Virus record (IMG/VR): IMGVR_UViG_3300036770_003943
Coordinates: 62,001 to 126,000 of that record
Length of the DNA: 64,000 nucleotides
Reading direction: 5' to 3' (one strand)
Of this stretch, positions 10,433 through 21,100 are shown in pieces (position 1 is the stretch's first letter; each line of letters starts with the position of its first letter). The notes beneath the pieces are model-generated. The model had not been told where the DNA came from, ran no database searches, and worked only from the letters and a program-made list of their open reading frames with translations. Position numbers and translations under genes: made by a program.

Positions 10433-10951
10433 TTAATTTTCTAACTGTAACAATGTTAAAGTTACTGTAATACTTGTTGAACTACCACTTTTGTTTTTTA
10501 CTGCTATAGGTATAGCTGTAGTTGCTGGGCTTTCATTATTAAATCCTAGGGCAGCAGGAGTTATTAATAAAGTTTGAGCACCCGATGTAATTACTTCTGC
10601 TATTACTCCAGAATTGACGCCAGGGTCTTCTGTTTCAGTTCTAGTAGCGTCAGCTGTTCTACTAGCACTATCAGCATAAATTCTTACCCATGCTGCTGCG
10701 CTGGTTTGAACTTTATATAATATATAGGATTTAAAACCAGTAATGTTTATATTTTCACTATCATTATTGGCAATATTAGATGTGCTTTGACTGGCAGTGA
10801 TTCTAGCAGGAGCATAAACCGGAACTCCTCCAGCTGTAGATCCATCGCCTACGTAGACTAATTTTGTGTCTGTTGTATATATAAGCTCGCCTTCAGCAGG
10901 TGTTATTCCTGTTCTAGCTGTGCTCAATCCTCTTTTAATTACAATAGCCAT
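10433..10951 (-). CDS. small virion protein with Mtd_N-like N-terminal fibre anchor
   Basis: MAIVIKRG..PAEGELIYTTDTKLVYVGDGST motif. Confidence 0.7.
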   Translation of the reverse strand: MAIVIKRGLSTARTGITPAEGELIYTTDTKLVYVGDGSTAGGVPVYAPARITASQSTSNIANNDSENINITGFKSYILYKVQTSAAAWVRIYADSASRTADATRTETEDPGVNSGVIAEVITSGAQTLLITPAALGFNNESPATTAIPIAVKNKSGSSTSITVTLTLLQLEN

Positions 10952-10969
10952 ATGTTATCCCCATTCTTA

Positions 10970-10976
10970 TACTTAT
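10970..10976 (-). promoter_or_regulatory. variant late promoter ATAAGTA
   Basis: Occupies the same position as the TAAATA motifs (19 nt upstream of ATG 10951). Confidence 0.45.
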
Positions 10977-11015
10977 CAAAAAATGACATAGAACAGCAGC
11001 CTTATTAGCTGCTTT

Positions 11016-11654
11016 TTACATGGTGTTGAGGAAAATCAGCTGTGTAAGCCTAGAATCAAATACATTTGTCCCGAAGTGGCCGGCTATGCCGTGCCAGAGC
11101 CATGGTCGAAAAAATACTGCCCTATTAAATTTTATTGGAACATTCAACTCAACGTCCCATAGGGACTCATCAAGACCTTGAGTCTCAAAAAACACTTTCA
11201 TATCGTCAAATGTTGTTACACCAATTTTCGCTGCTTCTATAGAATTTATAGGTGCAGTTGACATACCGCTTTCTTTATGTAGATACATTTTAGTGCCTAC
11301 ATCTAATACTTTTCCGTCTTTAATGTAATGCTCCGGTAAACTAAGATATATAACACCAGCCCATGTTTGTTCAGGCTTTGGGTCAAAATGAATAATTTGT
11401 TTTGCTTTGTCTTCTTCGCGAATATATCTGAAATATCCGCAACTTGAAGTTGGAGTTGGATAGACTGGTTCGTTTACGGCTTTAGTGATCAAAGCCTGTA
11501 TTTCGCTACTCCAATATGATTGGAGAGTATTAACGCCTGGGTAATTTTTATCTAAGTCCCATGTCTCATATTCAGCTTCAAGTGCTAATTTTCTTATTAA
11601 TATCGGATCTGGATAAAAATCATCAACTACAATAACTTTTTTATCAAATTTCAT
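11016..11654 (-). CDS. putative 2OG-Fe(II) oxygenase (DUF6445-like)
   Basis: VIVVDDFYPDP..IR..AL, YPG, HFD (HxD), WAGVIYLS, FNRAVFF..WHG. Confidence 0.7.
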   Translation of the reverse strand: MKFDKKVIVVDDFYPDPILIRKLALEAEYETWDLDKNYPGVNTLQSYWSSEIQALITKAVNEPVYPTPTSSCGYFRYIREEDKAKQIIHFDPKPEQTWAGVIYLSLPEHYIKDGKVLDVGTKMYLHKESGMSTAPINSIEAAKIGVTTFDDMKVFFETQGLDESLWDVELNVPIKFNRAVFFRPWLWHGIAGHFGTNVFDSRLTQLIFLNTM

Positions 11655-12484
11655 TCCAACCCCATTTCTCTCCTTATATTAGTGGCGCTTATGCTAGTTA
11701 TACTGTCATCAAAAGTTTCTTCGCCACTGGTATACCCAACACCCCTACCCCAACCAATATGTACAATATTCGGTACTAACATAATTTCATATTGACCTTG
11801 GTATAAGGGATCCAAATCGCGCTTAATATAGTTTTTAACTTCATCTACGCTGAAAGGATTACTATTTTGCCAGCCTTGAACATCACGTATTTGAATAATG
11901 ACTTGTCCTGTTTTTTCAAGCAGTCTTTCAAATAACGCTCGATGGCCCGGGTGCCATGGTTGCCAACGACCTAGCATTTGTACAGTTTCTTTACGCCAAT
12001 CAAATCTTGGTCTACGACGACCTTCGAGAATATGTGATCCAACAAAAGGTACCCAATGTTCTGCGTTTTGCTCAGTTATCCTAAAATCATATAAGTCAGG
12101 AGAAATAAAAGCACGATTAGTATCTTCATATCGACCAGCATCAATGGTATCCATCCATATTGTCCAATCTGCTTTAAAATTATGGCGCATTTCCGGTAAT
12201 GGAGCTACAAAATCACAAATAACATAATCACTTACAGATTTTATAGCAAACTCGAACATACGTATACTTTGACGAATGCGACCTTCTTTGCTAAAATCCC
12301 AGTCATTATATCTTTTACGAACATCGTCAGCATTAAACCACTCTACTTTGGCATTTATTCGAGGATGTGCTGTATCAGGCACAATGTCATGAGTCATACC
12401 GTGAAATTCTAGATATCGTTTTAGTCGTTCGGCGAAGTAGGTTTTACCTGCTCCAGGCAAGCCCATAATTAATATTTTTTCCAT
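11651..12484 (-). CDS. APS-kinase (CysC)-like P-loop kinase fused to an HxGH nucleotidyltransferase domain
   Basis: GLPGAGKT P-loop, NADDVR, FSKEGRIRQ, ICDFVAP; C-terminal GRWQPWHPGH motif. Confidence 0.8.
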   Translation of the reverse strand: MEKILIMGLPGAGKTYFAERLKRYLEFHGMTHDIVPDTAHPRINAKVEWFNADDVRKRYNDWDFSKEGRIRQSIRMFEFAIKSVSDYVICDFVAPLPEMRHNFKADWTIWMDTIDAGRYEDTNRAFISPDLYDFRITEQNAEHWVPFVGSHILEGRRRPRFDWRKETVQMLGRWQPWHPGHRALFERLLEKTGQVIIQIRDVQGWQNSNPFSVDEVKNYIKRDLDPLYQGQYEIMLVPNIVHIGWGRGVGYTSGEETFDDSITSISATNIRREMGLE

Positions 12485-12488
12485 GAAC

Positions 12489-13112
12489 TTATTTTTTAGT
12501 TGATTTAGTATTTTTTGCTAGAAAATCTACTTGTCGACCGGGCTTATGAACTCTAATAAAAATCTTTACAAGCTCTGCAACATTGCTCATAGTATTCATA
12601 TTGATGTTTAATTGTGCTGGACCAAGTAATCCTATTTCTTGCTGTTCACGCCAGTAAGGAATAATATCATATGTTTCATCATATACTTCAAGATCTACAC
12701 CATGATAAAGTCCGAACGTGCTTTCCCCTAGATTTTTTTCTATAGTAAGTACATTATTATTTTGATCGAACATTTTAAATGTCTTCGAAGTTAATACTCG
12801 CACATGAGTATAGTCATCCCACATAAGATCGCAACGATGATGCGGGACGCAGATGAACCATTCTGCTTGATCGGCACTTACTCGATACATTTCCTGTATT
12901 ACTCGAGTAAACACCTTAGGATCTTGTCCCACATGTTCTAATACATTATCTGCGTGAATATGTGTAAAGAAATTATCTTCATAGGGCCACGGAAACTGTT
13001 CAATATCTAAAACTTGATCAGGATTACATATCGGAGATATATCTATATTCCAATGATCATTTAACTTTCTAAAACCGCAACCAATATTTAATTTATTATG
13101 CTCTGGTGTCAT
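12489..13112 (-). CDS. class I SAM-dependent methyltransferase
   Basis: LNIGCG motif I, NIDIS, NVLEHV, EMYRV. Confidence 0.8.
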   Translation of the reverse strand: MTPEHNKLNIGCGFRKLNDHWNIDISPICNPDQVLDIEQFPWPYEDNFFTHIHADNVLEHVGQDPKVFTRVIQEMYRVSADQAEWFICVPHHRCDLMWDDYTHVRVLTSKTFKMFDQNNNVLTIEKNLGESTFGLYHGVDLEVYDETYDIIPYWREQQEIGLLGPAQLNINMNTMSNVAELVKIFIRVHKPGRQVDFLAKNTKSTKK

Positions 13113-13124
13113 GTTGTCCTCTTC

Positions 13125-13919
13125 TTAAATCCAAGCGTTCCAAAAAACTTCTCGGTTATACTGCTCGTATAACTCTAGCCCAATATACTGTACACAATTA
13201 ACTGTGGTTTTTTGAATACTTGATTTGATTTTGTGTAAATCTTTATAGCCGATTGCAACATCAACATAATGCTCTGTTTGTTCAATACGATTAAAATCAT
13301 GCTCAAAATTAGGTAACTCAAAAAAGTCATAGATACGTTTGGTTTGACTCTTGGGACTATTACAAAATCTAGCGTAATCTACAAAAAGTAATCTATCTAA
13401 ATAACCCATTGTAATAGCATCCTTAATGGATCTGTGACTCATACCTAACGGGCCTTCAGGACCTGCTACATAATATGCTCTAGTAGCAATATTACTTTGA
13501 TCTTTAAGATACTGATCGCTTCGAGCATAATACAAAGGATTCTGATTACGTAGACGTTCAAAACTTGTTACAATTTCTGCTGGATTACGCACACAAACAA
13601 GCATTTTTACTTCACGATCAAGTACTGCTTCTAACTGAGCAATTTGACTTACCCAACCTCTGTCTTTATCAAAAATAACTGGCTTATCAATGTGATTGTA
13701 ATAACCATCTAAGGTTCCTTTGAGTACACCTTTTAGTGCTTGATCATTTTGATATTCTCTATTCTGTTCAAAATTACCCCAATTGGCTTGTAAACTACCA
13801 AATACCCCTGACAAACTGCTAACTCCTTCTCCATGAATTTCAGGATTCTGTTTTAGAATATTTGCCAATAGAGTCGAGCCTGATCTTGGTAAACCGGTAA
13901 TAAAATGTAATGTTTTCAT
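13125..13919 (-). CDS. sulfotransferase family protein
   Basis: 5'-PSB motif FITGLPRSGSTLL; 3'-PB-like CVRNPAEIVTS. Confidence 0.85.
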   Translation of the reverse strand: MKTLHFITGLPRSGSTLLANILKQNPEIHGEGVSSLSGVFGSLQANWGNFEQNREYQNDQALKGVLKGTLDGYYNHIDKPVIFDKDRGWVSQIAQLEAVLDREVKMLVCVRNPAEIVTSFERLRNQNPLYYARSDQYLKDQSNIATRAYYVAGPEGPLGMSHRSIKDAITMGYLDRLLFVDYARFCNSPKSQTKRIYDFFELPNFEHDFNRIEQTEHYVDVAIGYKDLHKIKSSIQKTTVNCVQYIGLELYEQYNREVFWNAWI

Positions 13920-13946
13920 AAATCCTCATTAAAGTAGTATATAACT

Positions 13947-13953
13947 TACTTAT
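13947..13953 (-). promoter_or_regulatory. variant late promoter ATAAGTA
   Basis: Upstream of the sulfotransferase RBS (GAGGA). Confidence 0.4.
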
Positions 13954-15062
13954 TAGTGTAAATCAGTTAGTTTTACGTCGCTGCTTACAACTATTCCTGT
14001 ACTGTCTACGAGTTCGGCTTCCATATTTTTAGAATTTGTTTTAGGAAATTTTAATTGTAATTCTTCCGCAACTCTCTGAAATGTATCTTCCCACTGACCA
14101 AATTTGGTTTGTCTAAAAACTCTAGTTGTTTCCTCATACCACGGACTGTGCTCACCGCCGTAAGCCCAGACATGGTAGGGTAATATAGGCACAACAACCC
14201 AAGTCGGTTTACCCATGGCTGCTGCTGCGTGAGCTATGCTAGTACAACTAGTAATAATAAGATCCATGTTTTCAATTGCTGCTAAAGTATCTTCCCAACT
14301 GATAAGAAGATGCTGTAGATCAATAATTTCTTCAGGTAATTCTCTTACATCATTATCTCTTTGTAAGCTGTAAAATTGTAAATGATCATTATCTTTGTAA
14401 AGGTTAATTAATAATTCGCTAGGAAAAATTCTAAATTGTTGATGTTCAAATTTGGGATTACCGCTCCAGCGAATACCAATTTTTTTCTTAGATGTATTCA
14501 TAAAATTTTGCCATACTTTAACACTATCGTGGCTGGCAAAAAGATAAGGTTCACGTGGCAATGTATCAAAAGTATGACCGAACAACCAACTACAACTAAA
14601 GCTAGGAATCCAAAAATCATGTTGCGTAGTAGAAAATTCATCTAAGGTGATACATTTTTGAACACCTGGTACTCTACTAAACATACTATGCATGGGCTTT
14701 TCGCAGCAAAGAATAGCTTTGCCGCCTCTGCGCCAAATTTCAGTAGCGAACCGAGCATAGATAATTTGATCACCAATACCTGCTTCTAGATTAATTATAA
14801 CAGTTTTACCTGTTAAGTCAGTCTGATCCCAAACTGGCTTAGTAGTATTAGGCTTTTGACTGCCATATACGTTTAAATGTCTGCCTGATTCGAGCAATTT
14901 AAACCCAGCCTGTAAGTCTCCTTTATAGAGTAAAAACCATCCTCTATTAAATCTTGCTCGTAAATCATCGGGCATTTGTTGATGTAGTTCTTCAGCAATT
15001 TTCCAGCCTTCTTCAAACCTACCCCTAATCATTAAATTCAATTGTTGATCAATTAAGTGCAT
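13953..15062 (-). CDS. TPR-like + GT-B (GT9-like) glycosyltransferase
   Basis: EAGIGDQIIYARF, KIGIRWSGNP, FYSLQR, DLIITSCTSIAHAAAAMGKPTWV, SPWY. Confidence 0.8.
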   Translation of the reverse strand: MHLIDQQLNLMIRGRFEEGWKIAEELHQQMPDDLRARFNRGWFLLYKGDLQAGFKLLESGRHLNVYGSQKPNTTKPVWDQTDLTGKTVIINLEAGIGDQIIYARFATEIWRRGGKAILCCEKPMHSMFSRVPGVQKCITLDEFSTTQHDFWIPSFSCSWLFGHTFDTLPREPYLFASHDSVKVWQNFMNTSKKKIGIRWSGNPKFEHQQFRIFPSELLINLYKDNDHLQFYSLQRDNDVRELPEEIIDLQHLLISWEDTLAAIENMDLIITSCTSIAHAAAAMGKPTWVVVPILPYHVWAYGGEHSPWYEETTRVFRQTKFGQWEDTFQRVAEELQLKFPKTNSKNMEAELVDSTGIVVSSDVKLTDLH

Positions 15063-15078
15063 AAATTATTCCTATAAC

Positions 15079-15119
15079 AAAAAAATCAGCTAGTACATTG
15101 TTTATTATACTAGCTGATT
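15079..15119 (-). terminator. Rho-independent terminator after RCC1 gene A
   Basis: 12-bp perfect stem AATCAGCTAGTA/TACTAGCTGATT (15084-15095/15108-15119) followed by a U-run on the minus strand (A7 at 15079-15085). Confidence 0.75.
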
Positions 15120-15143
15120 ATTTAGTTTAATGAAATGAAATTA

Positions 15144-18100
15144 CTAAATTGTTTTTAGTGTTACTGTTTGAGCACCACCTGCACTGGCTGTTAAGTGGTC
15201 GGTGTCGCTGCCAACTTGTACCGGACTACTACGAGTTGTAATTGTTCCATCACCTAGTTGCCCATTGGCGTTGTAACCCCAAGCATATAAATCTCCTGTG
15301 CTTCTAACACCCACTGTGTGCCAAGTACCAGCATCGACTGCGGTCCATGATCCAGAACCAACTTGTGTTGGGGCATCAGCATTTGTTGTAGTACCAAGTC
15401 CTAATTGTCCGTAGTTGTTTCTGCCCCAGGTATATAAACCACTATTAGTTTTAATACCTGCTGTGTGTTGATTGCCTGCGGTGATTGCGGTCCAACTTCC
15501 ACCGCCAGCTACTGCCACCGGACTACTGTAACTAGCTGGCTGCGGTCCAGTAATAGTTGTATTTTCAGCCGGGGTACCAGAACTTGCTAGATTACCGTCC
15601 ATTGGAAGATTGTTGTAATTACTCCAAGCATAAAGTTTACCAGTACTAGTAATGGCCCCATTCACTCCAAAGTGGGTAAAGGCGTTATGGCCTTTTGGTA
15701 CAGCAGTAAATGATACCCCCACAGCAAGCTGTACAGGACTATTTGAGCTGGAAGTATTGTTACCTATCGAACCAAACTGAGTTCTACCCCAAGCATACAA
15801 GGCACCGTCTGGTTGTATGCCTAATAATAATCTGCCTACATAACCAATTGCTGTCCAGCTATCTGTGCCTAACTTAGATAGTGTGTACTGAAAATTGACA
15901 TTATTTATAGTTTGAGTAAATCCTGAGTAATAAAGTTCGCCTGTCGAAGCTAATGCGGCCATACAGCCTATTGCACCTCCGCAGACTGCTGTAAAACTTT
16001 TACCTAAAGATGATCCAATTTGAACAGGACTTGATCTGTTAGTTGATGTGCTAGAAATTCCAATTCCTAAGGCAACACCGTAACCCATTCCCCATAATGT
16101 TCCGTCTGATTTGATAGCCATATTCGCAGCGTCTGAAGATCCAACTTGAATCCAATCGGTGTCTGTGCCTACCTGTACCGGAGTTAGACGGTCTGTGGTA
16201 TCATTATGACCTAATTGCCCTTTATGGTTTTTCCCCCATGTCCAAAGTGTTCCATCAGATTTAATTCCTATAGCACTTCCAGTACTAGCACCTTCACTGA
16301 TGCTTACAATCGACCAGCTTCCAGGCACTTGTGTTGGAGTCGAAACCGATAAGGTGTCACCAAGACCTAATTGTCCTGCGGCATTATTACCCCAGCCCCA
16401 TAAGGTTCCATTTGTTTTTATTGCAAATGCCTGATATTGACCTGAAATTATCTTACTCCAATCACTATCAGTTCCTATTAAGTTTGGCGAGTATCTATCA
16501 GTGGTAGTAATAGGAAGACCTAAATTGTTATAGCTGTTAAACATCGACCATCCCCATAGTCTGCCGCTAGTGGTTATTACGTGAATAGTATCATATTGTA
16601 CTCCAATTGCAGCAAAACTAGCTATGTCAGCTGGTCCAGCAACCTGTGTTGAATCATTTTTACCCCAAGCAAACAGTGTGCCATCTGACTTAATTGCTGC
16701 TGTATGACTACTACCGGCTGCTACTGCTGTCCAACTGCTAGTACCTACCTGTACTGGACTGCTTAAGTTTGTAGTATTTGCTTGTCCTAGTTGTCCAATG
16801 TTATTCAATCCCCAAGCAAACAGGCCGCCGTCCTTGCGTACTGCTACACTATGACTGCCACCAGCTGCTACAGCAGTCCAACTACTAGTGCCTATTTGTA
16901 CTGGGCTACTACGGCTAGTTGTTGTTCCATCACCTAGTCTACCTGTGCCGTTATTACCCCACACAAAAAGTCCGCCATCACTGCGAATGGCCATGCTGTG
17001 AGCATCACCTGCCGATACTGCTGTCCAACTGCTAGTGCCTACCTGTACTGGACTACTTTTTACTGCGCTGGTTCCATCTCCTAGCTGGCCCGAACTGTTA
17101 ACTCCCCAAGCATACAATGTTCCGTCACTGCGAATTGCCAATGTATGATTAGCACCAGTGCTAGCTGATTGCCAAGTTTCAGTGCCGAGTTTAACAGGAC
17201 TTGTTTGAGTTGAAGTTAAATTACCTCCCACTAGGTTTGGTAGCCAGTAGGCATTACCGGAAATTAGTTGGCCTGTATCGTTTATATTGCCGCTTAATCC
17301 ATATGATTCTAACCAACCCCATCCATATAATAAGCCGTCTGATTTAATACCAAAGGTATGTTTAGCATTTATATCAAGGGCATTTTGTCGAATAATAGTC
17401 CAACTACCTGAAATTTGAGTTGGATTACTATTCGCTGTAGTATTGCCTTGGGCTCCTTGACCGTATGAGCCTGCACCCATGTGATAGGCTGTACTGTTAG
17501 TTTTGATTAGATAATTTGCGTGTCTACCTGCTGATACTTTTTGCCAATCTGTATCTGTGCCCACTTGTGTTACTGTGGATCTTGCTGTGGTATCATTTAA
17601 TCCTAACTTCCCGTTAGTATTGTCTCCCCAGGACCATAATGTTCCGTCTGTTCTTACACCAATAGTATGATTAAAGCCTGATGCTATAGCTGACCAGCTT
17701 GCTGTACCTAACTGTACTGGACTAGATACTGATGTTGGTACTGTGCCTACTAGGCCAGTGGCGGTAGCAGTTGACCCGGAAGAGGTACCATCACCAAAAC
17801 TACCACTTATATTATATCCCCAATAATAACCAATTTTATCAGAACCTACAGCCCATCTTGGATTAGCAACATCAGTAAACCTGGTGCTTACTATCGTCCA
17901 GCTAGATGCACCAATCTGTATAGGACTAGTTATATTTTGACCGTAACTACCTGAGTCATCTCCGGTGTAATATGGAGTATAAAAATATCCCCATTTCCAC
18001 AATTTTCCATCAGTAGTGAGGCCGTTTACAGCAGTATAGATACTATTAACATCAGTAGTCGATCTGGCGGTGAATGCACCCACCATTGACCAACTTTTAG

Positions 18101-21100
18101 TATCATCGAGCAGTTGTGGGACAAACCTTCGCGTACGAGCATTTCTAAGCAGTTGACCGTACTCAGACTGACCCCAACCCCATAAACTTCCTACGCTATC
18201 AATAGCAAACGATTGCCATTTTGATGTGTAAGCACGAGTAAAAGTAGGTACACTATCTAATCGTGGACCATCGAGCCAATTAGATGAATTCGCTGAAGAA
18301 TTGTCATTTTTGCCAATATAAGCTCTTGTGGGTGTTGGAACATAATTTCCTTCTGGCCTTGATTGAGCAGGGAACGCACCAAAAATTACAGGATTTGAAA
18401 TATCTGGTTCAGTTGCGGTCAAAGCCCACTCAATCTCTCTACCAGTTGCTCTTGCTTGTGTGGTAAACCATAACACACCAGACTCTGACAGATATAATCC
18501 CATAGAAGGACGACCATATGTTGAATGTGTTCTTGTCGCACTAGCAAATTTCATAGTTGGCTGTGTTCCAATAGCAGCGAATGATGTAATTTGTACTGGG
18601 GTTGTACTACTAACAGGAAAATGTGGAACTACCGATCTTCCGCCCCAAGCCCACATTGTGCCATCTGTTTTAGTACCAATGGTGTGGGTTTCAAAATCAA
18701 CAAGACTATATCTGGGATTTGACTGACCAAGACTTACATGTTTCCAAGTATGTCCTCCCGAAACTAGTACAGGGCTATTCAGAGGAGTAGATGGGTAAGG
18801 ATAAGCATTACCATCACCTAGGCCGCCGCCTTTTCCGCAGCCCCACATATATAAGGAACCATCAGTTCTAATAGCTGCTGAGTGCGCTGCCCCTATGTAC
18901 ACTGCAGTCCAACTGTCTGTACCTACCTGTACTGGACTGCTACGAGCTGTAGTAGTTCCATCGGCTAATCTATTTCCGTATGTGGTACTAGTACCTGTTC
19001 CAGGTTTGCCCCAAGTAAATAGTCCGCCGTCACTACGAACAGCAGCACTAATGCCCATAGTACCGACCGAAATCCAGCTATCCGTGCCGATTTGTGTTGG
19101 ACTTGAACGGTTGGTTGTATCTCCTAATCCTAATTGTCCGACAACATTATTTCCCCACCCAAACAGTGCTCCGTCTGCTCTAATAGCTAAAACTGCGCCG
19201 AAACCAGTACCACTTGTATAACGATTATTACTAGTATGTTCTGTACCACCTATACTAAAGTCACGCCATTTGTCTGCGCCAATACGAGTTGGGGTAGTTG
19301 GGGTAGAAGCATCGTTTAGGCCTAGTTGTCCAAAGTTGTTCGTGCCCCAGCTGTACAGGGCTCCTTCCTCAGTAATACCGATATAGGCCGCATTGTGCTG
19401 CATTACTTTCTTGAAATTCAATGGTCCAGTATCAAATTTTATCAATACTGGACTATCTTTGTTCGAATACCAAACAGTTCCGTCATTTTTAACACCAAGA
19501 AATTGTAGATCACCAGCATCAACATGTTTCCAATAGTCGATAGTTCCTCCCACAGATGGCTGGTTTCTGTTTAATTCTGAAGTACCCCAGGTGTAAAGAT
19601 TTCCTCCTCGAATTCCTACGCTATGACTTGTTGCTGTGCTTATAGCCGTCCAGCTTTCATTGTAGGTGTTGATATTTGGTGTTGGTGTAGTATACACACG
19701 ATCCTCAGTATAAGCCCTGGCGACACCACCTCCCATGGCCCATAGTCTATTATATTCATCTATTAGGCAATTATAGTAGTCTCCAGGAACGAAGGGAGCT
19801 TTGGCGAATTTATATTTTCTAGTACCAATTTGTACAGGACTACTTCTCGAAACTGTATCTCCTAGCCCTAGTTCTCCTATACTGTTTTTACCCCAAGCCC
19901 ACGCATAGCCCGAGGAGTCAATGCCTAGAGCAGTGACAACACTAGGGTTACCACCGCCTATGCTAATCTGTACCCAACTGCCTGTACCTACCTGTACAGG
20001 ACTGCTTCGATCAGTGGTTGTTCCGTCACCTAAAATTCCGTCACTATTTTTACCCCAAGTAAATAAACCACCGTCAGCTCTAATAGCAGCTGAAGTTAAA
20101 TTTACTGTTGCTACTGACAGCCATTTATCAGATCCTACCTGTACAGGACTGCTTATGCTGGTAGTGTTTGCCAGACCTAATTGTCCTGAACTATTATTAC
20201 CCCAAGCCCATAATGCCCCAGCACTATCAATTGCCAATGTACTATCTGATATAGAAATAGCTGCCCAACTTCTTGTTCCTAATTGTACAGGGCTACTACG
20301 ATTTGTTTTGTCGTTCAAACCCAATGGGCCGTATGTAGTATTTCTACCCCAAACAAATAATGCGCCATCTGATCTAATAGCAGCAGAATTTAGATTTCCT
20401 GCAGAAACGCTTACCCAACTATTTCCTGTACCAATTTGAATAGGACTACTTTTTCCTGTGCCGACTGTAGTGCCATCACCAAGTTGGCCATCACTATTTT
20501 GTAAGTTTAATGACCAAGCCCATAGTGTTCCATCGTTTTTGATTCCTAGTGTGTGATTTCTGCCTGCTGATATTTGTTTAAAATTTGAAGCAAATAAGGC
20601 TGGACTAACATTTTTCAGTGTCCAAACTTCGCCATTTTCTTTTAGAATCATTGAATACACGTTCTGACCTTCTACAGTGGCATGAATAATGCCGCTTTCT
20701 TGAACCATAACCGGACTAGACGTGCTATCTCCAGCTAGTCCATTGGCTCTATTGGTACCTGAACCTGTTACAAAAAGTCTATTAGGTTTGCCCCCACTGC
20801 CACCGGCGTTAATATTTGGTGACGCCGATAATAAGAATGTGAATCCGTTACCGGCTGCTACTCCGTTGCTTAACCATTCACCTACGCTGCCGAACGCAGT
20901 TGGTACACTACGATTTGTTGTGTCTCCTAGTCCTAACTGCCCTGAACTGTTTAGTCCCCAAACATAAAATTGTGCGTTCATAGGATAATAAGCAAACACA
21001 TGTTTATTACCAACACTTAATGTTGAATAAAAATCACTGCCAACTTGAACAGGACTTGATCGGTTCGTTGTGTCTCCTAACCCAAGTTGTCCTTGATCAT

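Noticed and set aside
10995-11017. AGCAGC/GCTGCT hairpin after the oxygenase gene
   Set aside because: 6-bp stem with the U-tract on the non-coding side; too weak to call a terminator
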